From assembly GCA_025963485.1 (NCBI GenBank), contig JAOQAO010000265.1:1-57412 (forward strand): a stretch of 57,412 nucleotides of DNA, written 5' to 3'. Of this stretch, positions 38,982 to 48,402 are shown piece by piece. Numbering within the stretch: the first letter of the stretch is position 1; every line of letters begins with the position of its first letter. Position numbers and translations under genes: made by a program. Origin of the DNA: Bacteroidota bacterium (lineage in GTDB: Bacteria; Bacteroidota; Bacteroidia; Chitinophagales; LD1). Below the pieces are notes generated by a model. The model ran no database searches, had not been told where the DNA came from, and worked only from the letters and a program-made list of their open reading frames with translations.

Positions 38982-39015
38982 ACGCGCCTGGCTCATAAGA
39001 TATTTGCTTTTACAC

Positions 39016-39058
39016 AGGTTCAAAAATGGTCATCTCGATAGAAGTGACCATTTTTTGC
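39016..39058 (+). repeat. 43-bp conserved hairpin/terminator repeat, copy 2
   Basis: aggttcaaaaatggtcatctcgatagaagtgaccattttttgc. Confidence 0.85.
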
Positions 39059-39070
39059 ATACGGGGAATT

Positions 39071-39149
39071 CCAAAAGGGCATCCCTTTTGGCAGGATAGC
39101 ATCCTTCACCACAAATTTTTCATTTGTATGGTGAAGGATGCAATCCTGC
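39071..39149. other. Two abutting inverted repeats, candidate oriT
   Basis: ccaaaaggg-cat-cccttttgg, then gcaggatagcatccttcacca...tggtgaaggatgcaatcctgc; 14 nt from the relaxase stop. Confidence 0.45.
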
Positions 39150-39163
39150 TTCGCCCCAAGTAA

Positions 39164-40060
39164 TCATAATATCGTTTCATCAATCCCTCTGTCATACTCC
39201 TCCAATTCATTCAGCCGCTCTTGCTCCTCAGTCACATTGTCATCAAGTGTCTGGGTCAGTTCCTGTTCTATGTTCGGTTCATTTACTATTTCGTTTAATC
39301 GCTGTTCACGCTGATCGAGCTCTGCGAGGTCAGCCCCTAAGGTCGCGAATCTGTAGTTGCGGTTATCCCTGATGCCAGCTACTTTTCCTGACCTCTCGTA
39401 GGTTTCCAATCCTTCGCCACGTAGCAATCCGAAAAAAGTATCTCTTGATGTAGCCAATTCCATCGAGTCCGCCACAATCTGTTCGATTTCGCTTTTCCGG
39501 CTCACCTTGCCGGCGTTGGTCATCTGCCATTCGTTCTCGCTGATGCTCCGTTCATCCTTGCCGTGCTCGATGTTGGAATACACTAGCTCGGGATAAAGTT
39601 CGCGAGATATCCTTTCGAGCTCCTGCTTCATATTTTTGAAGTCCTGCTTTGACTGCCTCGTGCTGTAGCCCATCATGTCAACGCCCGAGGTCAGGACGTG
39701 GCTATGAGGGTGCTTGCCGGGCTCCGACATATGAAGTACGCCGTAGTGCAGGGCATCGGGGTACATCTTCATGTACTCTCGGCTCAGCCTGATCAGCATG
39801 TCGCTCGTCACTTCGTCCTTGTTCGACAAGGAAAATATCATATGAAGAAGCATGTTGTTGTTGCCGTCGCCGCGCTTGTGAACCCTGCCGGCCTCATTGG
39901 CTTTGAACTGTTCCAAGATTTCCTCGGGACTGCCGAATACGTTGTGCTTGATGCTGATGATGTCGTTGTTCTTGTCCCTGAGGGCTGCGTCCCTGTTGAC
40001 GTAGTCGAGAAGGTACGAGAAGCTGCCGCCTCCTTTAGCTCCTATGGACTTTATCATCAT
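39164..40060 (-). CDS. Relaxase/mobilization nuclease
   Basis: N-terminal YLLDYV, LLHMIFS, HUH motif VLH....KHPHSH. Confidence 0.88.
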   Translation of the reverse strand: MMIKSIGAKGGGSFSYLLDYVNRDAALRDKNNDIISIKHNVFGSPEEILEQFKANEAGRVHKRGDGNNNMLLHMIFSLSNKDEVTSDMLIRLSREYMKMYPDALHYGVLHMSEPGKHPHSHVLTSGVDMMGYSTRQSKQDFKNMKQELERISRELYPELVYSNIEHGKDERSISENEWQMTNAGKVSRKSEIEQIVADSMELATSRDTFFGLLRGEGLETYERSGKVAGIRDNRNYRFATLGADLAELDQREQRLNEIVNEPNIEQELTQTLDDNVTEEQERLNELEEYDRGIDETIL

Positions 40061-40605
40061 GGCCTACGCTTGCTATCGGTGATGAGAGCTATGATTTCAT
40101 TCCACCTTTCAGGGTGTGCTGCAATGGTCGCCAGCAGCAGCGTAGGATTTGTGAGCTCATTGTGCACCTGCGTTTTCATTTCTCGCACGCTTTGGCGCAG
40201 CTCGCTATAGTCATTGTCCCTCATGATCCAGTTCTTCGTTTCTCTCGCGGCTATCCGCTCTATCGCCGTAAGTACACGCGAAAGGTGCGCCTCGATCCGC
40301 TTCACTGCGACTGCATCAGGAGCGACATATACTTGCTGCACGTAAGCCAATCCTGACTGCTTCAAAAAAGTCGAGAGCGGCATGGTGCGAAGTTTTGCCT
40401 CGCGAGCCATGCGCTTATTCTCCTCAGGTGTGAGTGTTATCTTCACTTCACATAAACGCCCCCTCCGTCTTGCCTGATACTCCTTATTCTTCATTGCCCA
40501 GTATCTCTGACGCGCCTCCGCGATCTCCAGCGCGTCGCCCTTTTCCAAAAGCCCTTCGATAGACTGCAAGTAGTCCAATACGCCAGATGACTTCCTGCGG
40601 CTCAT
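40057..40605 (-). CDS. MobC-like relaxosome accessory protein
   Basis: VKITLTPEE...AK...MPLSTFLK ribbon-helix-helix-like segment; 4-nt overlap with the relaxase. Confidence 0.6.
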   Translation of the reverse strand: MSRRKSSGVLDYLQSIEGLLEKGDALEIAEARQRYWAMKNKEYQARRRGRLCEVKITLTPEENKRMAREAKLRTMPLSTFLKQSGLAYVQQVYVAPDAVAVKRIEAHLSRVLTAIERIAARETKNWIMRDNDYSELRQSVREMKTQVHNELTNPTLLLATIAAHPERWNEIIALITDSKRRP

Positions 40606-42035
40606 GAAAACTGTATGAGGTCTAATGTTTCGGGAATATGAGGATTTGAAAAAACGAAGGCCGCGCCCTTCGTTCGCATCCTAAGTATGGGGTTCTTGAA
40701 CCAAGGCTGGAGCGTAAGCCTGAAAGGCTGGTTGCGGTAAAAGAGCAGCCCGCGATCTTTAGGCATCTTCGCTATCTCCTCGGGCTTCATGAGGTGCTCG
40801 CTGCGCTTCCTGCCGTCAGCCCCCTTAAAGTCGCTCTTGCAGAGCTCAGCGAGGTCGCGGCTTGTACTTATATCTTGATGTCCGTAATAGGCATGGGAGC
40901 AATTAAGCAAAATATTTCTTCCAATTTGTGCTCCATAGGCATCAATCATTTGCGAGGGAGATTGGTAAAAAATACAGTTCTTCAAATTGTATTTTTTCGA
41001 GTTAGATACGCACTGCGAAAGCGATTTTAAATTCAATGTGCTGCACTCGTCCAGGAGCAGGTACACCGGCAGTCCGCCATCAGGCACCTGCTTCATGAGC
41101 GTGCGGAGCGCACTCTCTATTACGATGCTCGTAAGATTGTTATAAAAAAAGCTGTCATAGGTGCCCGTTTCTATGTATAGGATTTGCCGCTTGTCACGAA
41201 AGGTGGAGAAGTCTACTGATGACTTCACGGACGCTCTGCACAGCGCGTCTGACGAAAACGGATTGAGGGCCACGAGCGCGCTCATGATGATCCCCGACAT
41301 GGTCTTGTCGCTCGCCGTGCTCCTGTAATACTTGTATTCATCCCAGAGCTTAGGGGTAGCAGCCTTAGCCACCAACTTGTCGAGCATGCCCTTCGTGCTC
41401 AATGCCTGAATGATCTGCCTGACGCAGCCCATGTGTTTGTATCGCGGCTCAAGCCTACGGCACATGCGCATGGCCCATGAGGTCAGGCCTACGGCAGAGC
41501 TATTGAAAAACATGTCCGCCTTCTCGCCGTCAAGCGCGGTGCGCACGAAGTGGTCAGCAAGTAAGTTGGCATCTTCATCAGACGTTGCGTAGTCAAGGAG
41601 GTTAATGCTGCTAGAAGCCAAAATATCTGAGTACGAGAGCCGGTGTATCTCGACGCCCATTTCTGCCATGCGCGGCGCGGTGAGAGGAAACACCGTACCC
41701 GAGCTGTCATGCACGATGTATGAAGCATTGGAGCTATAGAGCAGCGTGGGAATTAAGCAATTGCTTGTTTTTCCAACGCCTGTGCTGCCGAACACGGCGA
41801 GATTGTTGATTCTCTCGAGGTCGAGAGCATTTTCCCCGTCTATGACGAATCCTTCGCCGTGCCTCTCTGCGATATCTTCGAGCTTTCCAAAGCTCCGCCT
41901 GACACGGCTGCCATCTGCTCGCTCTATCGTTTCGCGTATGTTGGTCACGATGTCAGTAGCCACCATTTCGGCGGCCGCGGCCCCTATGCCGGCGAGCTTT
42001 CGGAACGATGACGAAAACATGCTGCTGTCACTCAT
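40602..42035 (-). CDS. Type IV coupling protein (TraG/VirD4 family)
   Basis: Walker A GSTGVGKT, Walker B LLLDEC, FYQSPSQM...YG and LMKPEEI motifs. Confidence 0.87.
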   Translation of the reverse strand: MSDSSMFSSSFRKLAGIGAAAAEMVATDIVTNIRETIERADGSRVRRSFGKLEDIAERHGEGFVIDGENALDLERINNLAVFGSTGVGKTSNCLIPTLLYSSNASYIVHDSSGTVFPLTAPRMAEMGVEIHRLSYSDILASSSINLLDYATSDEDANLLADHFVRTALDGEKADMFFNSSAVGLTSWAMRMCRRLEPRYKHMGCVRQIIQALSTKGMLDKLVAKAATPKLWDEYKYYRSTASDKTMSGIIMSALVALNPFSSDALCRASVKSSVDFSTFRDKRQILYIETGTYDSFFYNNLTSIVIESALRTLMKQVPDGGLPVYLLLDECSTLNLKSLSQCVSNSKKYNLKNCIFYQSPSQMIDAYGAQIGRNILLNCSHAYYGHQDISTSRDLAELCKSDFKGADGRKRSEHLMKPEEIAKMPKDRGLLFYRNQPFRLTLQPWFKNPILRMRTKGAAFVFSNPHIPETLDLIQFS

Positions 42036-42198
42036 TTTTGAATAGTTTGGATTTCAAGTAGTCTACTATGGATCGGAGAAGGATGGAGATCGCGCTCAAC
42101 GTCACCCACAGGCAGAAGCCAACTGCCTTAAGCAGCCACGTGCCCATGAATTTAAAAACGTCACCCGCTATCTGGGCGGCATCATTATTTCTTTTCAT
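42028..42198 (-). CDS. Small membrane protein
   Basis: 56 aa from MKRNND; one hydrophobic helix; overlaps both neighbours. Confidence 0.6.
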   Translation of the reverse strand: MKRNNDAAQIAGDVFKFMGTWLLKAVGFCLWVTLSAISILLRSIVDYLKSKLFKNE

Positions 42199-42946
42199 TG
42201 AGATTGGCTGCTTCAAGTGACGGAACGATGACGCAGGTTGCGCCGCCGTTCTCAAATAGGGTTTTGTAGAAGTTGGCCGCCACGAGGAACTTGTCCTCAG
42301 TATCACCATCTCCGTTCATGCTTTGGTAGACGATGATCACGCGCAGACCGGTGACGTTCTTGAGCGCCGCTACCTTCCTGAGCGACTGAATCACCTCCAT
42401 CGGATGCGCCTGCACCTGGTCGCGGAGCACCTGGCTATAGAAGTCGAGGTGCCTGTCATGGTCCAACATATTGCTATAAATTATCATGTAATGCTCGGCA
42501 GCGGACACCTCCATACAGGCATTTGCCTCGGACACCACTACGCTGTATATGCAGCTTCTTTTCATGGGCACCATATTGTTCTTCTGCGCGTCATCGAATA
42601 CCTGCCGCAGGTTCTGCTTGAACGTCTTGAGCTCCTGTACGCGCTCCTGATCGCTCGCGAGCGCCGCGGAAACAGGAGGCACTTTGAGCGATTGCACAGG
42701 AGTTAGTGCAACGTCGGATATTGAACGGTACCTCATAGTCATACCTGAGTACAAGTGGGTATCGTCATTGAGGCGCAGGATGTTGATCACATCGGAGGCG
42801 TCGGGATTCTTGCGCAATGGGTCGGTACCATCGGATATGACGCTGACGGCTATGCTGTCATCCTTCCAAATCAGGTTTTCGATTTTTTTGCATCCCGTAC
42901 CAAAGGTGGCGGCGATGATGAGAAGTGTTGCGGTTAGCTTTTTCAT
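42185..42946 (-). CDS. Lipoprotein, possibly degenerate vWA-like
   Basis: Lipobox ..FGTG-C; VSVISDGTD and MIIYSNMLD resemble vWA strand motifs. Confidence 0.7.
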   Translation of the reverse strand: MKKLTATLLIIAATFGTGCKKIENLIWKDDSIAVSVISDGTDPLRKNPDASDVINILRLNDDTHLYSGMTMRYRSISDVALTPVQSLKVPPVSAALASDQERVQELKTFKQNLRQVFDDAQKNNMVPMKRSCIYSVVVSEANACMEVSAAEHYMIIYSNMLDHDRHLDFYSQVLRDQVQAHPMEVIQSLRKVAALKNVTGLRVIIVYQSMNGDGDTEDKFLVAANFYKTLFENGGATCVIVPSLEAANLNEKK

Positions 42947-42970
42947 TGTTTTGTTTTTTATCGTTATGAA

Positions 42971-44014
42971 TTATTGAAGTGATGGTATAGGGTCGTCATA
43001 ACATGGCACTGCCGTCGTATCAGAGCGGTACCTGCGATTTTCTGATATGTATGTACTGATACAGGCCCTGTGCAGGGACTCGAACTTGAGTGTGATTGCC
43101 TCGGCTTCGCCCGCTTGCCTCACTATCCTCTGCTCTATGCTCATGAGCCTGTCGGGGATGCGATCAAGCTCGCTCTTGAGCCTGTCCTTCTCTACACGTA
43201 TGGCTTCGAGCCGCGTGTCCAGAGACCTCGCGCTCATGTTATTGAGTTTCGCATCGGTGCTCGGCAAAAGTGACGTCAGATACACTCCTATTCCTATGAA
43301 TAGAAGATTTATGAATATGAAATACCACACAGGTATCTCGTGGGTGTTAGTGACCGCCACCGACTTGAGCGTGGTCTCTCCGATATTGACCAACCTGTTA
43401 CTGCGCATGAGAGCGATCACGTAGAAAGCCCCTATAGCTATCGCCGCCAAGCAGAGCCGTATGATGTTTTTCTGCGGCAGGTTCTCCGTACCGGTGTATA
43501 CAGCGAGAATCACCTTCGGCACGAAGTAGTAGATGAGGGAGAACACTGCCAAAAGGAGTATCTGGTAGATGTTGGAGTAAGCCTCGTAGTATGAGAAAGC
43601 GCTCGCCGTGAGCTTGGCCTCTCCGATGCACAGGACGATGCACACCGCGTATATCCACCAGGTCTTCGTCACCTTGTAGTCGGCGGCGGGGAGGCTATCG
43701 CGGTCAAGGGTCAGCCTCCGCTCCTCCTGCTGCAGGCCGTCGAGGTCTTTGCTGATACGCTCCTTGTTCTCCGTGAGCGCCACGCGCTCAGCCTCGGCCA
43801 GCCTACTCTGATCGGCAGCATACGGCTTGAGCTGCCGTATCATCTCGTTCCTGTAGGCATCGGTGAACTTGCCCGTGTAGGTGTACAGTTTGTCGGTTAC
43901 AGACGGCTGCGATGCGGCAGCCGTGGTGCGCCCGAGCTGTAGCGCCTGCGTGACTTGTCCGTTATGGAAGATATCTACGGCGTCCCCCTGCGCCTCTTTG
44001 CTTTTGAAAAACAT
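42971..44014 (-). CDS. Membrane protein with flanking coiled coils
   Basis: 347 aa; four hydrophobic segments between heptad-rich regions. Confidence 0.8.
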   Translation of the reverse strand: MFFKSKEAQGDAVDIFHNGQVTQALQLGRTTAAASQPSVTDKLYTYTGKFTDAYRNEMIRQLKPYAADQSRLAEAERVALTENKERISKDLDGLQQEERRLTLDRDSLPAADYKVTKTWWIYAVCIVLCIGEAKLTASAFSYYEAYSNIYQILLLAVFSLIYYFVPKVILAVYTGTENLPQKNIIRLCLAAIAIGAFYVIALMRSNRLVNIGETTLKSVAVTNTHEIPVWYFIFINLLFIGIGVYLTSLLPSTDAKLNNMSARSLDTRLEAIRVEKDRLKSELDRIPDRLMSIEQRIVRQAGEAEAITLKFESLHRACISTYISENRRYRSDTTAVPCYDDPIPSLQ

Positions 44015-44029
44015 GACATTTGATTTTGG

Positions 44030-44299
44030 TTATTTAATATTTTCGATTTCTTCTTCTTGTATCTGATCGTCCAACCGTAGTAGCTCCATTTCTCTCTCCC
44101 ACGCAATCTGGTCTTCCTCCCGGGCCAGCTGGCTCTCTTGCCACCTGAGCACCTCGCCTGAGAGGGTGCGGTCCTCACCCGTGTCATCATGCGACCTTTC
44201 TTTCCACTGATCGAACCTTGCCCATATCTCCGGCATGTCGGATTCTTCCAACCTGTATTTCTTGAGCTCCTCCTGCGTTAATCTATATGCCATGGCCAC
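44030..44299 (-). CDS. Hypothetical acidic protein
   Basis: 89 aa, tight operon spacing. Confidence 0.6.
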   Translation of the reverse strand: MAMAYRLTQEELKKYRLEESDMPEIWARFDQWKERSHDDTGEDRTLSGEVLRWQESQLAREEDQIAWEREMELLRLDDQIQEEEIENIK

Positions 44300-44316
44300 T
44301 TATATTTTGACAGTTT

Positions 44317-44598
44317 CTAGTTGTTGTCAGTGTTCATTTTGCGTATGGCAGCCGCTTGAGCTACCGCCGCTTTGTAAAGTGGCGTATCACCGAGGCCAAC
44401 CTCCGCGATGGTCTGCACCAGAGCGTCCATCTGATCGTCAGGCCGGGTAGCCATCAAGTAGTGATAGTATTCCTCAAGATCACTGGCGCGCCTGCGGACA
44501 GGCGGGGTCGCCACCTTTTCGTCTGTAACATCTTCTACCTTGTTGAGAAGCGACAGTGACATGTCACCGCCGTTCTCCGGTGTAGCTTTATTTTTCAT
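44317..44598 (-). CDS. Hypothetical protein
   Basis: 93 aa, tight operon spacing. Confidence 0.6.
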   Translation of the reverse strand: MKNKATPENGGDMSLSLLNKVEDVTDEKVATPPVRRRASDLEEYYHYLMATRPDDQMDALVQTIAEVGLGDTPLYKAAVAQAAAIRKMNTDNN

Positions 44599-44782
44599 GG
44601 CTTTGGATTGTAAGTGTTGTGAGATAGTTGTTCAGGCGCAGGTGGCGTTCCGATGCCGCACGGACAAATTCGGCGACTGAGGATTCATCTGTATAGATGT
44701 CCTTTATGTGCGGTACCGGTATTGCTACCTGTGATGTCTGTGGAGCATTTGAGCCCAGATCGGTGGTTGGTGTATTTTTCAC
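44588..44782 (-). CDS. Hypothetical protein
   Basis: 64 aa, GTG start, overlaps the next gene. Confidence 0.45.
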   Translation of the reverse strand: MKNTPTTDLGSNAPQTSQVAIPVPHIKDIYTDESSVAEFVRAASERHLRLNNYLTTLTIQSHEK

Positions 44783-45338
44783 GCTTTAGAATTTTCGGTT
44801 TTGGGTAACCGAGCGCGATGCACCTGATGGCAAGAGATGGCTATTGACACATATATATAAATACACTATACTTCCAAATGGGGAAGTTTATATATTTGCA
44901 ATAGCAAATAGCACCGCATGGCCAAAAGCCAGCGATGCATATTTTCCTGCCGTGGCGGATGCACCCGCTACGGTTTTTGTTTTTTATGCCTCACGGCATG
45001 ACAGATACAATTCCAGAAACTGCCGGCGCACCTTTTCAAGTCCCGCCTCATACCCTTATCCTTTTTCGTTGATTAGCAAATATTTCCTACCTTGAGGTTT
45101 GTGAGGAAAGGTATATCCTCGGGTATGTATTGCAAAATAAAGCCAATACACCGATATATCCAAGTTTATCTAAGAAAAATAATATTGCATGATAGTAACT
45201 AAATATGAATGAATTACGTAACAATAAATAAATTCAACTATTAATTTTTACAATTTTAGCCTACGTATGTACCCTTTGCAAAGACAAATTTACTCATTAT
45301 TCTTGCGCACTTCGTTTTAAAAACCATAACAATATCAT

Positions 45339-46865
45339 ATGCCGAGACCAAAAAATCCCTTTTATTCCATCGCGAGCCTTAGAGGCTTGGAGACCCTGTA
45401 TGCGCTGATGCACAACATTAGCCTGCGGCTGCCAAGAGGCCAGTACATAGACGAGATACAGAAGGCTTTGCATAAGGATAATGTAGGGGTTGGCGGCAAG
45501 AGCCGGAATTTCGTGCTGAAGTTCTTGGGCGAACCGGATACGGAAATCGACAAGGTGTCGGGCATAGATTTGGATATCATTGATGAGATCGTCAAGAAGG
45601 TTTACAAATGGTCAGACTTGCATCAGCACTTCGGTATAGACATTGATAACGTAGAAAGCCCCGCGTCTTCATTTGAAGAAGAAATATTCGGAGCTCCTGC
45701 GCATCTTGCAGCCATGGACAACGACTTTTACTATTACACCTATCTGAGCGAGGACGATCAAAAGTCTGTAGATGAGTTTGTAAAAAGAAGAATGTATGAA
45801 CTCGGCAAGATAACTGACGGCATCACTACCTACAGCGTTTACCAATGGGACACTGAGGCAAAAACTGCCAGGTGCGCCATACTCGCGCTAAACCCCGAGA
45901 AAAAGGCCGCGTGGTATTACTACTTTGCCTCTGGCGCCAAAGGTGTGCGACCGACTGTTCTCAAAACTGGAAGGTACGACCATGGGGCTAACATCCTCAG
46001 CCTTGACATGGTCAATGAAAATGCGCGCAGAAAATTTCTGCGCGTCAACTTCATGCTCGCTGTTCTTGATCCGAGCCTATCTGGCGCCAAGACCCTGAAA
46101 GGTGCCCTAATGGCTACGGCAAACAATGGCACCATGGTTGTCTCTGCTGAGTGTGTATTAGAGCACTGCACTTCATACTTTGAAGCGCTTAAAAGAGTAA
46201 CAAATACAAAAAGTCGAGAATCCCTCCTCTGTTTAGAGGTACTGAACAAAAAGTATGAGGTTGACAATGCCAACATCTATGACATTCAACGCCTCGACTC
46301 CTATCCTCTTTCTAGGGTCTTAGATGGGATCAGCGGATATTACCTCATTGAATACATTATGCAGGACGGCACTAATGAGGGAGCTGATACATCCCTTCAA
46401 AAAGGGCTTTGCTATATTGGAATGGATGGATTGGTTTCGCTATGGTTTGCAGCGGTAAAAGATGAGCTCAAGGGGTATTTGGACCAGCAGAAGTATCGCG
46501 GAAACAAGTTCATAGTGATAAACCTCTTCCAATCGAGACAGAGCGACCATATCGAAGTAAATTACAAACTGGAAATATTCAGGGACCACTCTAAGCTAGG
46601 AACTGTTGAGTATCTTCACGGGGTATATACTAGCTTCTATCTCGATACCATGTACAAAGGCGAGATAGTCTTCATGAAACTTGATGGTGGCGGCTGCCTC
46701 AGTGAGAAAAAGTTCATTGATATAGAGGAGTGTCGCAAAAAAGTGGGAAGTCTCGACCCAATAAAAATTACAGACGGTGTTTCCTTAAACGATATTGATA
46801 CGCGCGCAAAAAAACTTCTGGATGTGAAAAAATACGACCACTACGGCCGAAACAATCCGACCTAA
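45339..46865 (+). CDS. Hypothetical protein
   Basis: 508-aa ORF divergent from the mobilization operon; no family recognised. Confidence 0.8.
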   Translation: MPRPKNPFYSIASLRGLETLYALMHNISLRLPRGQYIDEIQKALHKDNVGVGGKSRNFVLKFLGEPDTEIDKVSGIDLDIIDEIVKKVYKWSDLHQHFGIDIDNVESPASSFEEEIFGAPAHLAAMDNDFYYYTYLSEDDQKSVDEFVKRRMYELGKITDGITTYSVYQWDTEAKTARCAILALNPEKKAAWYYYFASGAKGVRPTVLKTGRYDHGANILSLDMVNENARRKFLRVNFMLAVLDPSLSGAKTLKGALMATANNGTMVVSAECVLEHCTSYFEALKRVTNTKSRESLLCLEVLNKKYEVDNANIYDIQRLDSYPLSRVLDGISGYYLIEYIMQDGTNEGADTSLQKGLCYIGMDGLVSLWFAAVKDELKGYLDQQKYRGNKFIVINLFQSRQSDHIEVNYKLEIFRDHSKLGTVEYLHGVYTSFYLDTMYKGEIVFMKLDGGGCLSEKKFIDIEECRKKVGSLDPIKITDGVSLNDIDTRAKKLLDVKKYDHYGRNNPT

Positions 46866-47018
46866 AGAAAGATTTCCTATTTAAAGTGATAGTGAAAGCT
46901 CACCACTCATATACTTATTATACTCCTGTAAGCAAATTTGCTTTGCAAAAGTAAGGGGCATGCGTCCAAGTCGCACATCCCTGCTGTGATTACTGATCAC
47001 TCAATGGAAGATAGGAAT

Positions 47019-47045
47019 AAAAAAAACCGCATCATCTGCGGTTTT
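47019..47045. terminator. Bidirectional terminator at the integrase 3' end
   Basis: aaaaccgca-tcatc-tgcggtttt. Confidence 0.7.
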
Positions 47046-48255
47046 ACAATTCAAACACCTTGCGACTGTACTCATCGGTGGTTTTCTTCGGCAGACTATC
47101 GAGATAGCGCTGGGTGGTCCTCAAATCCTTATGGCCCAAGAACTCGCTGATAGCGGTGAGCGGTATACCGATGTCATTGGCACGAGTGGCAAACGTATTT
47201 CTGATCACGCTGCTCGATACCTCCTCCGGCAACCCGTAGGCAGGTGCAAACTCTTTCAGGATTTTGTTGAACTTCCTGCGCTTGTCGAGCACCTGGTAGT
47301 ACTGCTTCTTCGGGTCTGTGGAAGTGATGCAAGGCAGTATGTAGTCTTCGGGTCCCTTTCCTTTGGCGTAGAGATCAATGATGTCTTTTGCCTGCGGTGG
47401 TATCTCGATGTCGAGCGGGCTACCTGTTTTCCTCCTGTCATATTTGAGGCGGCCGTGATTCATATACTTCATCTTAAGATAGGCCAGATCAACGAAGCTC
47501 ATGCCGCGCAAAAAGTACATCAGCAAGAAAAAATGCCTGACCCATTGATGCTTTCTCTTTTGAGTTTCTGTCAGCGCCACGACCGTCTTGACCGATGATT
47601 CAGGCATCGCCTTCTTGCCCGTGCGCTTGCCTTTGATCTCATAGAGCTTGAAAGGATAGAGATCAGCATCTACCAAGCCCTTTTTAATCGCCTTGTTGTA
47701 GATAGCGCGCACCGTCCTCAAATAAACCGAAAGGCCATTGACCTTATTGCCCTTGGCATAGTGCGCCGTCTCAAAATCAGTAAGGAAGTCGTAGTTAATC
47801 TCCCTGAAAGTGAGATCGCGGCCTTTGTTGAAGTTACGGAATGCGGCAACGGTGTCGCTATAAACCCTGGCGTTTCCGATCTGCTGTGCCTTTTCCATAG
47901 CCTCAATGAGCTCAGTGGCAAATGCGAAGAACGACTGAGTTCCTTTCTTGCCTTCGAGGTGCTGCTTGATCTGCTTCGCCGTCATGCCGGTGAGCCTGCC
48001 CGCCTCGTCGAGTTTGGTGATCTTGTCAGTAGCTAGTGTCTGCTTTTTCAGTAAATAGTTGTTGAGCCGGGTTACCGACTGTGTGCCTCGGTAAGAAGGA
48101 GTGATGCATCTTGCTTCCTCGTCCCAATACTCAGGCTTGACGGCTATGCCGGTAATGACCTGCGCAGGCTTCCTAAAGTGCACGATTCGGAGAACGACGT
48201 GGCAGGTTCCGTCGGGCTTAGGGTGATTGTCGAGTGCGAGTTTTACAGTAGTCAT
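47044..48255 (-). CDS. Site-specific tyrosine integrase, Bacteroidota arm-binding type
   Basis: N-terminal arm domain (KPDGTC.V.LRI...TGI.V....WD), SAM-like domain, GMSFVD, RRKTG, VIRNTFAT and LGHKDLRTTQRY; next to attR. Confidence 0.93.
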   Translation of the reverse strand: MTTVKLALDNHPKPDGTCHVVLRIVHFRKPAQVITGIAVKPEYWDEEARCITPSYRGTQSVTRLNNYLLKKQTLATDKITKLDEAGRLTGMTAKQIKQHLEGKKGTQSFFAFATELIEAMEKAQQIGNARVYSDTVAAFRNFNKGRDLTFREINYDFLTDFETAHYAKGNKVNGLSVYLRTVRAIYNKAIKKGLVDADLYPFKLYEIKGKRTGKKAMPESSVKTVVALTETQKRKHQWVRHFFLLMYFLRGMSFVDLAYLKMKYMNHGRLKYDRRKTGSPLDIEIPPQAKDIIDLYAKGKGPEDYILPCITSTDPKKQYYQVLDKRRKFNKILKEFAPAYGLPEEVSSSVIRNTFATRANDIGIPLTAISEFLGHKDLRTTQRYLDSLPKKTTDEYSRKVFEL

Positions 48256-48284
48256 TATTCATATTTTTTTGTGGTGAACATTCG

Positions 48285-48303
48285 TAATAAGCATATAATA
48301 AGC
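48285..48303. repeat. Probable integrase arm-type site (right)
   Basis: taataagcatataataagc. Confidence 0.7.
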
Positions 48304-48375
48304 AGATGCACTTTTGGAATGGACGCATATTTGTTCATTTGAACAAATATTGTTCATTATCAATGATTTACGAAG

Positions 48376-48383
48376 CAAATATA
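48376..48383 (-). promoter_or_regulatory. Bacteroidota -7 element, candidate integrase promoter
   Basis: CAAATATA on + reads TATATTTG on -, about 120 nt upstream of the integrase. Confidence 0.45.
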
Positions 48384-48402
48384 AATAATAACTGATGATT
48401 TT

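Noticed and set aside
26395..39058. Classical integron
   Set aside because: I saw no IntI-specific insertion in the recombinases, and the repeats lack clear RYYYAAC/GTTRRRY attC ends. IntegronFinder would settle this.
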